From Anthoceros angustus (Eukaryota > Plantae > Anthocerotophyta): a DNA stretch of 64,000 bases. Both the position numbers and the translations under genes were made by a program. This document shows positions 1-10,814 of the stretch, piece after piece. The notes under the pieces are model-generated. The model was given only the letters and a program-made list of their open reading frames with translations. It was not told the DNA's origin and did not search any database. Position 1 is the stretch's first letter. Each line of letters opens with the position of its first letter. Location: assembly GCA_010909165.1 (NCBI GenBank), contig MU008191.1, forward strand, positions 574,377 through 638,376, given 5' to 3'.

Positions 1-130
1 GTGCCTAAAGGGAGTGGATGCCCTTGGTGCAAATAGCTTAGGCACACCATGGAACAAGTTGTTAAGTACCAAGTCCCACGAGGGAAATCCGTCCTTAGTG
101 GACTTAAATAAAATTCTTCTTCTTCTTCTT
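1..130 (+). repeat. 3' end of a dispersed retroposon-like repeat (AATAAA followed by a (TTC)n tail), truncated by the window start
   Basis: Near-identical reverse-complement copy at 14962-15096. Both end in AATAAAA plus TTC repeats. Confidence 0.7.
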
Positions 131-3100
131 CATCCCACTCTGCATTCGCGCGTGGGCCATTTAACGGAAACTTCATGCATGACTTTCCACCCCAATTGGC
201 TTGGGTGCCATTGAAAGCTCGAGGCCCAATCTCCGGGGTGCAACTCATGGCTGATGCGAACTCATGTAGTATTTGTACTCACCTCTTCTCGATCAACAAA
301 ACAGGGTATGCAGATACAACGTTATTATGTACATGTAATACATTGTTGATGATCTGTGACATAATTTTGTCAGCATCTGTGGAGCCGCATATGTGGAGCC
401 GCACCTGTTCTGCCAAGCAAGATGACCAGAAGTTCCGCTGCATACGGATCAAAAACAGCAATGGCACCTGCCAGGACTCTTGCTCCGAGTCCAACTATGT
501 CCCATCTGTCCAGCAGCTTAGCAAATGCCTCTGCATCTCTCACAGCCTGCCGTAATAACACGAAATTGCAGTGTCACGAGATCCGTCTGTCCCGCCCCAA
601 GCCCTGTTAGGCTATTCTTTATGTCAGCGCTCACCGCATCAAGATCCGATATGAAACCCTGGCTCTGGATACTTATAGCTGCCGACTTGAATCTTTGCAA
701 CACCCTGCGGGTTCGCGCTGGCACTGCAGAACCTAACCACGCTCGGCTGGCATAGGATTGTCACAAATATCAGCCTCCAATTGTCGTCTCCTTTCTTTAG
801 CCTACCGCAAGCATAAACGCCGATGAGCATTGCAGATGCCGATTGAGCCAGGGTAACCTCCAATTAACCACGCCACACTCAGAACCCTGACAGGGTTCCA
901 GCCTTCCCGTCTTCCAGCCTTCCAGGATCAGATGCTTCCACCCGATGCTCCATAAAGAAACACATTGATGATGCCGCCTGTTCGTTAGCTCGCTCGCAAC
1001 AGCGCACACGCGTCAGTATCACCCGCCGCTGGATCCAAGGCGTCCCAGCTGCAGGCAGCATGGCTGCAGCAAACTCTTGTCCCTTCCGAAAACCCTGGTC
1101 TGGTTCGAACCCGGGTCCCGAACCCGAGGCCCCAGCCCGAGCCCCGAGGTTCGAACCAGCCCCCGACGATCCCGGCCACCGTCACCGGTACGCCACGTCG
1201 TGCCTGCACTTCACCGCAATTCCGGTACCGTTTTTAGGCCGGCGGACGGGAGCCCATTAATGGTACCGAACCGAAAAAAGCGGCGTCGGAGTCAAAACAG
1301 GCTCCCCAAGTTACTCCCCGACTTACAGCCCCCACTCTACTCCACAGCCCTCTCGCCCTAGCCGAGTGGTCACCACTTTCTCTGCGTGCCAAGTGGTGTC
1401 CGGCTCGAATCCCAGTCCCGTCTCCACTGCAAAGCACGATGATTGTCGCTCGGGGAAGCGACGCAGCGTCGTCGGAAACGTTGTTGCCCTTCCAGAATAG
1501 AAACGTTCATCCTTGTTAGCCTCAACCGTCAGCCAACCGGGTGCCCGCGCCGATGCAGTACTGCTCCAGAGTAGAATACTATGGAGAGGTTGCCCAAACC
1601 CGTACTCTCGTTCGTCCTGTCTGAACACCAAGTGCCCGCATTGCCTGCCCTGCATGTGCGCCCGGTCAGACCCAGTGCGGCCAGCTACGGCGTCCCCAAA
1701 ACCGAGATGGTTTTTCTTGGTTTTTTAAAATCTCGCTCCTCCTCCTTCTATGCGACAAAGCGGATCAAATGCATCTCTTGCTGCTGGATGCGACATATGT
1801 TTGTGCCCGGGAAGACGCAAATTTCATCAACTGGTTGTCCAAGTCGTAGGCTTACAGAGAGGCCGTACGAGGGGAAAACACCGGAAACGATGGGTGGCCA
1901 GACGGTGGTTAGCCAGTCCGTGAGAAACAGCCTATGGGCAAGCGGAAAGTCTTTTTTCAACAATATCGCGGGTGGAGGATTTGTTGGAGGCGGTACGGGC
2001 TTTCTTTGGCTACAGCACCCCTACAGCTGGGGTGGTTAAGGATAACCGGGGTTAGTTTGGGGTTCCGGTTGCGGGTTACGGGTTGCGGCCCGGTCGTGAA
2101 TGCACTAACCCCGCTTTTCGCGCCCCGAGAAGCTCCGCCTTCGCCTTCGGGACAGTCTCGAAATGCTCCCCGTCTCATCCGCGCTTGCCACTTTCACGAT
2201 CGCTCTCGATCTGCCTCTTCCGCTTCGCCCGCTGCTGCTGCCGCCGCCGGCGCTGCTTTTTGGGCTCTGCTCATCTTGGGAAATTGCGCTGCGCACTGCG
2301 GCGGGATCGATTGTCGCAAGGCAGGAGCTGCGGAATGCGCTCAGCCGGCGGCGCGGTGAGTGACGGAGTGGAGGTTGCTGTGAAGGCTGCTGCCTGCAGC
2401 TGAGTTGAAATTCGGTGCTTTTGTTGCGTTGCGGATTGGTGATGTGTTGAGGCGGCGGAGAGTGGATTTGGAAACCGTGCGATGTGGAGTTCGGAGGTTT
2501 GAGTCTGCTTGCTGGAGTCTTGGTTGCGTGACGTGAACTGGGAGTGATTCGTGTCCTGGTTTGGATCCGTTTTTTTCCGAATTTCGGGCGGGGAGAGGGC
2601 TGGATTCTTGCTTTGGAGAGGTTTGTTCGTTGCTTATGGTGCGGCTACATGTGCGGGCTCTGCGTGAGTGAGGGGAACGGACGTTGAGGAATTAGGTGGA
2701 TGTTGTAGTGCCTGTCGCTGGGGAGTGGCAATGTGTTGCGGTTTAAAAGGAGAGGACAGGCGGTTTTGTGGGAAATTTGGTGTGGAGAACCCCTAAAGTG
2801 TGTTTGCGCAGCTGGAGTTGCCGTGATGTGAGAAATTCTCGTTCTGCAGCCTTGCAATGGCGGGGACAAGGATAACCTATTCGATCTTTTTTCTTGCAGG
2901 ATGTCATCGCGGGGTGGAGGAGGCTTTTGCGGTGTATGGGAGCTTCGTTGCGCGCGTGCTGCAGATTTTAGAGGAATGAGGGGGTTGAGTTATGGGATAG
3001 TGACTGCTGACGGTTGTCCTTCTGCTTTTCCCGCTGCTGCGCCCCAATGTCAGCTCAAGGACTCTGCTTACCCGCTGTTTTCCGGCATGGTGGATGCTTC

Positions 3101-3316
3101 TCAGCATGGTTAAGGACAGGCGTTGTGCGGGAAGCGGCCTTCTCACAAGCACGGACTGTTGATTGAGGCCTTTGCAGTAGTTGTACGCAAGGACACGGAA
3201 GTGTGACGGCAAGGCGTTCGGGAAGGATTTCTCACCGCCTCACGGCGGTGTGAAGGATGTTGCTGAGGAGGTGGTAGAGGTGGAGGATTGGTGTCTTTGG
3301 TGCGCATTCGTTCAGG

Positions 3317-5635
3317 ATGGCGAAAACCGCCTCTGAGAGGGATTACCAGCAGCAGATTGTGAACTCCAGCTATGCCGAGTCGGAACGGATCAAGGATGTT
3401 CGGTGCTGGACCTCCTTCTGCTCCTTCTTCTCACATCTTTTGTCGTCGGGGAATTGCTGCAGCTGCCAGGAGCAGGCCAGGGTGGAGAACAGCAGCGATG
3501 TGCTTCAATCCAGTGTCGGCGTCGCCTCCGCTCCGCACAAGGCCCTGCTCACGGCTGGCTCTGTCAACTCCACAAGGCCATTGCAGTCCAGTGCCTCGTC
3601 CAAATCTCATTCAACCACTCCAACAGGGAAGGCCCTGGGCCGCACTGTAACAGGCACCATCTTCGGCTATCGCAAGGGCAAAGTCACTTTCTGTGTTCAG
3701 GAAGATCCCAAGGCTTCCCCGTCTCTGCTGCTGGAGCTGGCCATGCCTACTGATATTCTGGTCAGGGAGATGGCCTCGGGCCTGCTCAGAATCGCTCTGG
3801 AATGTGAGACCAAGGGCAGGGACAAGATGCAGGATGACATAGGCGGGAATGACGGATCCGTGAAGCCCGGCCCCCATAAACCATCTCCGCTCATTCTGGA
3901 GCCCGTCTGGAGCATGTATTGCAATGGCAGGAAGGTGGGATTTGCCATTCGCCGCATTTGCTCCGAGACGGACCGTTCGGTCCTGGCTGTGATCGAGCAG
4001 GTGTGCAGTGATCTCGGCATGGACCCTTTCACTTCCGGTCTTCTTCTGCCTGTGATGCTTCAGTCTGTGATTCTTTGTTGCTGTCCTGCTCTGCTGGTAA
4101 TGCTGAGGCCGGGAATCCAGCCGGTGTTCTCGTGTTCCTTCACGAGACCATTATATCGGCGTCCGGCAGCTCTGACAAGTTTTATGCATGATGGCAATGG
4201 ACAAGCATGTAGTAGACACGACGAACAGGGTGCTGTTGAGCCACGAGGCGCGTCAGAAGACCCCGTCAGACTGGGCTCTTGACGCGAATGACGCATATAT
4301 ATGGACTGACGGATCGTTATGTGTCTCCTTGTGCCTTGCGTCAGGTTTCCATGGGCGCGGGCGTCATCCCCGTGGACGAGCAGCATCGGCCTGTGGTGCT
4401 GTCTCCCGACGGCCGTTCACGCTCCAAGCAGTCGTCACGGCGGACGTCCCCGGAGCGGCACCAGCGGACGGAGGGCCACCGCTGGTTTCCGTCCGTCTCC
4501 AGGTCTGCCCGGACCAGTCCGGAGCGGGAGCGCCGGATGGGAGGCCCGGGCTCCCGCGACCAGTCCTACCGCTCCTCCCCCGACCACCGGTACCAGCACG
4601 TGAACCGCGATCGTTCCTCGTACCGGTCTTCCCCGGAGCATATCCCGGTCGTCGGTCGGGAGCGACGATCGTCCCTGGACATGCGACGGGTCTCTGATGA
4701 CCGTGACCTGACGCCTGTCAAGACGCGGTCCTTCGATCGCTCTGTGCAGCATGAGCGGTAAGCTTCGTTTGCTTCCACTTTGGATGCTGATGGTTGGCTC
4801 TCGCGACATTTTCTTACTGTTTGTTGGCATGCGTGTGTCGGTGTTTGCAGTTTTGAGGATAGATTGAAAGGAGGGCACGAACGCTCCAAGAGTGGGGACA
4901 GAGCCATCTTCGAGGCTACTGACAAGTCCCCACGCCGGTCTCCCAGGTCTGGACTTGGGTGGGCTGCAACTCGGTGCTCTGAGCATTTGATTCTGCTGTG
5001 CCCACGAGGCTCATCTCTGTGTTGCTTGTCTTTTCAGGCGTGCACTTGGGTTCGAGTCTGACGGGACCACACAATTTGCCACTCCTCCGTCGAATTCCAA
5101 GTCGGACGCAAGGACCAATTCTAAGTCGGACTACGGAACTCCCGTGTCTGATGACGCCAGGAGATCGCTAGAGAGTGAGGAGGACGATGACACTGCTACC
5201 TCCCATCTACGGAGTGCTGGCAAAGCCTCTAGCAACGGGATCGGGGTCAGGGCCGTGTCCAATGGAGATTCTGCTGAAGGAGAGGTGGCCAGTGGTGTTC
5301 ATGGCCCACGGTTCACCAAGATGCACAAGGAGGACGATCATATTCCGATCAACTACCACCGCATCGACGAGCATCTGCCATTGGATAACGGGAAGGAATT
5401 TCCTATAAGGCCCTCCAAGACGGATGTGTACAACGATCTGGATGATGATCAGTTCGGCCATCGCTTAGCGGATGGTCATATGCACAAGCCCAGTCAGGTG
5501 CCTAGCGAGGAGCTGATGTATATGAGAGCCCGGTATGAGCATGTGGTCGGCTCAGCTGATGCGGAGTCGTTTCACATGATCAACCCAGATGGAACTCCGG
5601 GCCAAGAGCTTAGCGTCTTCTTCCTCCGCATATGA
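3317..5635 (+). CDS. MIZ1: MIZU-KUSSEI1-like (DUF617) protein, 4 exons (3317-4000, 4345-4757, 4851-4946, 5038-5635), ~596 aa
   Basis: DUF617 motifs VTGTIFGYRKGKVTFCVQEDP, LLLELAMPT..LVREMASGLLRIALEC, WSMYCNGRKVGFAIRR, VSMGAGVIP and C-terminal ELMYMRARYEHVVGSADAESFHMINPDG..GQELSVFFLRI. GT-AG introns give 1791 nt in frame. Confidence 0.9.
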
Positions 5636-6369
5636 AGCCTTGTGAGGTAAGTTCTTCAACTCTTTGTTTATTTGTCGAATGCAGTGCCGCTTTGGTTTGC
5701 TTGACAAGAGCAGGCAAGGACGTCAATGTTCAAAACATGACATGATGAGAAAGGGGACTGCGTACTGATCTTTAGGTGTTGCTGTCTGTCATGTTCAGAT
5801 CCTGAAATATAAGTCTGTGCAATCGTGGAGGGCTCCCGATGGTGGAAAAACAGTCGGGACATCTTTCTCCCATGACACAGATATTCTAACAGCTTCTTTG
5901 TCCCTCATCCTCGTTCCTATTGAGGGTGCAATTAGGATCCAACAACAATTTGTCCACGGAGACATGTGTATCTAGAGACCTGACCTGTTCCATAGGGTGT
6001 ACACTATCATCTGCTTGGCTTACTCACCGTTGTAAGCATTTCATCCTCTTGTGCAACTTAAATGGGCATTTGACAGTCTGAGGTTGTCGTCACACCTTTG
6101 GAGCGTTCCGGCTCCCCCTCTTTGGGTCCAAATCTTATGGTGCTTTTGTCTCTCTGTTCATTTATTTACAAACGCTCTCAATAATAACTTACCCAAATTT
6201 GATTGGTTTAAGCACTGAACTCATGCAGTGGAAGCAACCAGCTGCGAAGCGCACGAGCTAGCAGGTGTGGCATTCCCCTTCGCAGTTGTGGGAAGTAACT
6301 TAGCCCTTTCCGGTAATTGCGTTGGCATGTCGGCGGCAGTCTGTAGCCGGACACGTAATTGCTGAGTTC

Positions 6370-7944
6370 TCAGTACCCTTGATATCCTCCTTGTTGAGGG
6401 CCATATCCCGGTTGCTGAGGCTGAGGACCATAGCCTTGCGGAGGACCGTAGCCTTGTGGAGGACCGTAGCCTTGTTCAGGGCCGTACCCTTGTTGCTGTA
6501 GTTGTGGGGCACCATAACCTGCTTGAGCCGCTTGAGCGTCGTATGCTTGTTGAGGAGCAGCGTACCCCTGTTGTGCATAGGCAGCAGCCTGAGGATCCTC
6601 CAGGACCTGCGCAGCGGCATTAGGATCTTGTTCATATGCATTCGGATCTTGAGCAGAAGCTTGTCCATAAGAGCTAGCGCCTGCTGCACTTGCAGCACCT
6701 TGACCATAGGCGCCGTAATTCTGTCCGTAACCGCCTCCTTGTCTCTGAGGAGCACCGAAATTGGAAGGCCCTGCTCCAAACATGTTGCTGCCTCTGTTGC
6801 CAGCCCCCCCTTTCCCTGCATCTATGAACCCTCGACCTACATTTATGGTTGCTGCCGCCAGCCCCTGGCTCCTCATATCTCTCACTGTCCCCTTGGCAAA
6901 CCCTCTCACACTGTCCGCTTGTCCCTTGAGCTTGTTGATGGCTCCCCGCAACATCCCTCCCTGTTTCTTCTCAGTCATACCGTCGATCTGCCACTCCGCT
7001 TCCTGTCCCGGGTCCTCACCAGCAAAAAGGGGAGTATATCTCGGAGCCTTGGCTCGCACTCTCCCTTGCCGATCTTGAATCGCACCTAACGACTCCTCCA
7101 CAAATGAACGCAGGGAGGCCCTGGACGGCCCGTCCAATCCCTCCACTCCCAAGCCTTGCATGAAATTCACCTTATTCAGCAGATGCTCGTGCAACTCCTG
7201 TACCACGTCCGCCTCCGCCTTCAGCTTCCCGATCACGTACGTGGCGTTGGATCCGTTGGCTCCCGCCAGGTTCCTGGACAAGAGGTCAAAGTGCACCAGC
7301 GCACGAGTCCTGGCCGAGTCCTGCGCCATAGCCTCGTTCTCCAGCCTTGCCATCTCCGGCTTCATCGCCTCTATTTGCTGCGTCGCATTTGCGATCTCCT
7401 GGCGCATGTTAGCCGCGTCCTGCCCCGGCGCCGACGCCAGAAGCTGCGCGGAAGCTGGGGAGGACGCCAGGGCCGCCCGCAGTTCCCCTCCCCTCTGCCT
7501 CACTCTACGGAGCTCGGCATACAGAGCCTTCCGGGACTCGGCCGAGTTCTGCAGCTTCTTCAGCCACTCGTCCAGCGCCTGCTTGGAGGGAGCAGCAAGT
7601 ACGTACTCGCTGCGCTTGGAGATGCTGGCCACCGTGGAAGCCAGAGCCACGCAGAAGCAGTACTTGTGGTTGCCGGCAGTCTTCTCATCGGTCACAGGAA
7701 CTACCTTGGATCCCTCCACAGGCACCACTCCCAGCGGCGCCGCGGACTCCACGTTGAAGTCCGATGCAAAGTAGAAGAGAAATGCTCCCTGCAGCAAGAA
7801 GAAGCGCCTCTTCCATGATTGGAAGTGTCCGCCTCGCTTCTCCAGCCAGCCAGCGAGATCCGGCTGCAACCACAGCACGGACTGGTTCTCCATTGCCATC
7901 AGGTTCGGCATCACCTGATTCAACTCCTTGATTGCGGCCTGCAT
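6370..7944 (-). CDS. Intronless PH-domain protein with coiled coil and Gly/Gln/Tyr/Pro low-complexity C-terminus (~524 aa)
   Basis: PH motif GWLEKRGGHFQSWKRRFFLLQGAFLFYF...PLGVVPVEG...YVLAAPSKQALDEWLKKL, followed by a heptad-like region and QGYGPP repeats. First ATG is at 7944 (the ORF track starts at an upstream TTG). Confidence 0.85.
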   Translation of the reverse strand: MQAAIKELNQVMPNLMAMENQSVLWLQPDLAGWLEKRGGHFQSWKRRFFLLQGAFLFYFASDFNVESAAPLGVVPVEGSKVVPVTDEKTAGNHKYCFCVALASTVASISKRSEYVLAAPSKQALDEWLKKLQNSAESRKALYAELRRVRQRGGELRAALASSPASAQLLASAPGQDAANMRQEIANATQQIEAMKPEMARLENEAMAQDSARTRALVHFDLLSRNLAGANGSNATYVIGKLKAEADVVQELHEHLLNKVNFMQGLGVEGLDGPSRASLRSFVEESLGAIQDRQGRVRAKAPRYTPLFAGEDPGQEAEWQIDGMTEKKQGGMLRGAINKLKGQADSVRGFAKGTVRDMRSQGLAAATINVGRGFIDAGKGGAGNRGSNMFGAGPSNFGAPQRQGGGYGQNYGAYGQGAASAAGASSYGQASAQDPNAYEQDPNAAAQVLEDPQAAAYAQQGYAAPQQAYDAQAAQAGYGAPQLQQQGYGPEQGYGPPQGYGPPQGYGPQPQQPGYGPQQGGYQGY

Positions 7945-8658
7945 CTTGTTCAAATTTCTGCACCCGAGGACTTCTGTTTTGTGAAATGGAGACCGGCGTG
8001 TTGCTCATTCCGCTCAGAATCCTAAACCTTAGCCTTGCCTCCATACTCGTACTCCCTGGGGAACATTCGGTATGCTTCTGTCTCTTCCATTTCACTCTTT
8101 CATCCAAATCCTTCTCACGCGATTCCAATTCGCTTTTCTCACCCTTGCTGACTCCAAGATCAAGCGTTCAACAGTCCGGAGTTCCACAAAACCTTCTGCC
8201 TGTTTCCAAAGATTGTGAAATTGAATACCCTTGAGAATTCTCTCCTCTTTTATCTAGGCCTGGTCATCCGTGTCGTGGAGGCCGATATCGCTAGCTGCTC
8301 TCGTTTCTTGTTGAACAGCGATGCCATGTATGCCTACTCTTTCAAGAAAGACTCCTGCTTTTACTCAGCGTTCTTGCAAATATGTGCCCAAAAATTGTGG
8401 TTTTCTTTACATGCCTTTGTGCTTTGGAATTTTCATTTCGCTAAGCGTCGGGCATGTTGCATCTTGGGAGAACTTGGTACCGTGTTGCAAGTCGCAAAAA
8501 TCTTTGGAGTTGAGCAACATCCAACACTTCATATCTTCGAGCTCGGAGAAAATATATAGGTGAATAATTATTTTAAAAAAGTGAAAACTATTATAGCTAT
8601 AGGAATGTTAAGGACATGAGAGGTACTTGGATTTGGAGAGAGTATTAATGAAACAAAT

Positions 8659-9435
8659 ATGGGACATCAAGTTGCCAGAGTCTTGTACAGAACATTGTTG
8701 TCTAAAGTTAGAAAAGAAGGTTTAGCATCAGCATGGGTGGCAATAGCACACAAACGCACTGCAGATCTTTGTGGGTTGTCATCTAGCAAAAAGCTTCCAC
8801 CTTTTGATCTGGCTTCAATTGGAGGTGCTTCAACTTTGCTCAGATGGGTTTTCCAAAAAGATTCTACACTTCCAATAAAATCCAAAGCGGCAGAAGCCGC
8901 TCTGGATAGAGGGTTTGAGGCTATACGTTTATTCAATATCTTGAAACTTGCACAAATGCGTAGGGCGATGCGGGAAGATAGAACAGGTGTTCACTTTTCC
9001 CTTGGTCATGTGGTTCGACATCGATACTTTGGATACACAGGTGTGATTTATGGATGGGATCCTGAATGCACAATGCCAATTGAAATGATTGTGAAAAATC
9101 GTTTGTTGAATATAACAAAACAACCTTACTACTATCTCCTTCCTAATGAGCAAGATGGAAGATCGAGTAATGCAAAGTACGTAGCACAAGAAAATGTAGA
9201 GATTTTGGTTGGTGGTAGAGTAGAAAATCGTAGTATTTCTAGATTCTTTGTAGGATATAATTCAAAACTAGGTAGATATATACCAATTTTATATCTAAGA
9301 TATCTTTATCCTGATGTGTATACCTATGATCAAGATCGCCAGCATGAGGGTGGTGACCTTGTCTCTAAATCAAGAAAATCACAAAAAATAAAGACTACTA
9401 AAGAAATTAGAGGAATGGATGATACAGAACAATAA
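8659..9435 (+). CDS. Intronless protein with YccV/HspQ (hemimethylated-DNA-binding-like) domain and LYR-like N-terminus, 258 aa
   Basis: FSLGHVVRHRYFGYTGVIYGWDPEC...QPYYYLL...KYVAQENV is the YccV-like signature. N-terminal ARVLYRTLL resembles an LYR motif. Confidence 0.8.
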   Translation: MGHQVARVLYRTLLSKVRKEGLASAWVAIAHKRTADLCGLSSSKKLPPFDLASIGGASTLLRWVFQKDSTLPIKSKAAEAALDRGFEAIRLFNILKLAQMRRAMREDRTGVHFSLGHVVRHRYFGYTGVIYGWDPECTMPIEMIVKNRLLNITKQPYYYLLPNEQDGRSSNAKYVAQENVEILVGGRVENRSISRFFVGYNSKLGRYIPILYLRYLYPDVYTYDQDRQHEGGDLVSKSRKSQKIKTTKEIRGMDDTEQ

Positions 9436-10434
9436 CTTAGCTCACAAAGGATAGTTAGTGTCAACCAGCAGCTAACCAATTTGATGCTTTGAGTCTAACC
9501 TAAAGCATGACTGATTTTTTTTTTTGTAAAAATACTCTATTTTCTAAATTTTGAAGTGTAGAATAATTTTCACGCACAATGCATCAAATCCAGCCCACAA
9601 AGTTTTATACCTCCATGGTTGGTTTATAGCTCGAAACGAAATTCAATATCTAGATAATCAAGAAGGTTAAAAGTTGAACGAAGAATCAGTGGAAAATAGT
9701 ATTACCTACTAAGATCCATTTAAATTAGATCTATTCATTCAACAAAAAGTTTGACATGGAACATTTGAAACATATTTGTACATACAAATTCAAAAGAGGA
9801 GGCAAATGGCTCCATACATGTTCCAATACTTACAAAGACTATGCCCTAAACCCTAAACATCCCTTGTGGTATCCGTGATGGCGTGAAAGCATAGCTTAGA
9901 GTAGTCAAGAAAGAGTGTAAGAGATGGAGAGCATGATCTTAATAGCAACCAATACACAAGTGGATTGCTATTGGAGAGGAGAACCCTTGACCCTCGACTT
10001 GCAAAGACAAGTTTTAGTATGAGCTTGATGTTTGTGCAGTTTTTAAGTGAAATAGAACATGTAAAAATAGCAAATCAACCACAAATTTAAATGCAAAAGC
10101 GCGTGTATGAACATGAGATACGCAAGGAACAAAGTGCCGCTAGAGAATCAATTACGCATGGCTTAGGTTATACATTGAAGACAATCTCCTGGAAGGCTAA
10201 GTCACAGCAGCAAGATCCTTTATGAGATTTGAATCTTGTAGACACTCTCATATTATGCATTTTCATAGCATTAAAAAATAGAGTATAAATTATATGAATT
10301 GCCTTGGATTTCTACTGATTGAATGAAGGCAATGAAGGATTAAAAAATAGAAAATAAATAAAATCTTTATATAAAATACAATAAATAACCAAGTAAGTAC
10401 CTACCTAGATATGTATGGGAGCACTATGAATGAT

Positions 10435-10562
10435 ACTTAGGAATGTACAATACAGGGGAGTTGAACTTAGGTATGTACAATACATGGGAGTTAACTTAGG
10501 TATCAATGTAGAGGAGTTGAACTTAAGTATCTACAATACATGGGAGTTAAACTTAGGTATGA
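10435..10562. repeat. Degenerate ~28-31-bp minisatellite (ACTTAGGTATGTACAATACATGGGAGTT(G)A), ~4 copies
   Basis: The unit is visibly repeated head-to-tail. Confidence 0.7.
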
Positions 10563-10594
10563 ATGTGCTTGCAACAAACATATTAACTATAGCA

Positions 10595-10696
10595 GGGGCA
10601 GCACTGGGACTTTCCGAGAATCACCAATCCCAGTACTAATCCGGCCTGAGGATACTTAACTACGGATTTCTAAAGGGATCTGGTGTAGTAGCCCTT
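10595..10696 (-). pseudogene. 5S rRNA pseudogene, 5'-truncated copy
   Basis: Reverse complement matches bryophyte-type 5S rRNA (..GGGCTACTACACCAGATCCC..GTTAAG..AGTACTGGGAT..GTGA..AAGTCCC.GTGCTGC) with many substitutions. It lacks the first ~15 nt. Confidence 0.8.
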
Positions 10697-10814
10697 GGAT
10701 GCAGCACCGGGACTTCCCGAGAATCACCCATCCCAGTAGTAATCCAGCTTGAGGGCACTTAATTGCGGAGTTCTAATGGGATCCGGTGTAATCACCCAGG
10801 TATATAACCACACT
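10697..10814 (-). pseudogene. 5S rRNA pseudogene, near full-length degenerate copy
   Basis: The plus strand reads GGATGCAGCACCGGGACTTCCC..TCACCCATCCCAGTA..CTTAA..GCGGAGTTCT.ATGGGATCCGGTGTA..CCAGGTAT, the reverse complement of 5S rRNA. There is no oligo-T terminator and it abuts the other copy directly. Confidence 0.85.

Noticed and set aside
175-1730. Several short ORFs and splice-like signals suggesting a minus-strand gene
   Set aside because: I could not assemble a consistent exon chain or recognise any domain.
4001-4282. C-terminal part of the 321-aa ORF 3317-4282
   Set aside because: It is read-through into intron 1. DUF617 homology resumes at 4345 after a canonical acceptor.
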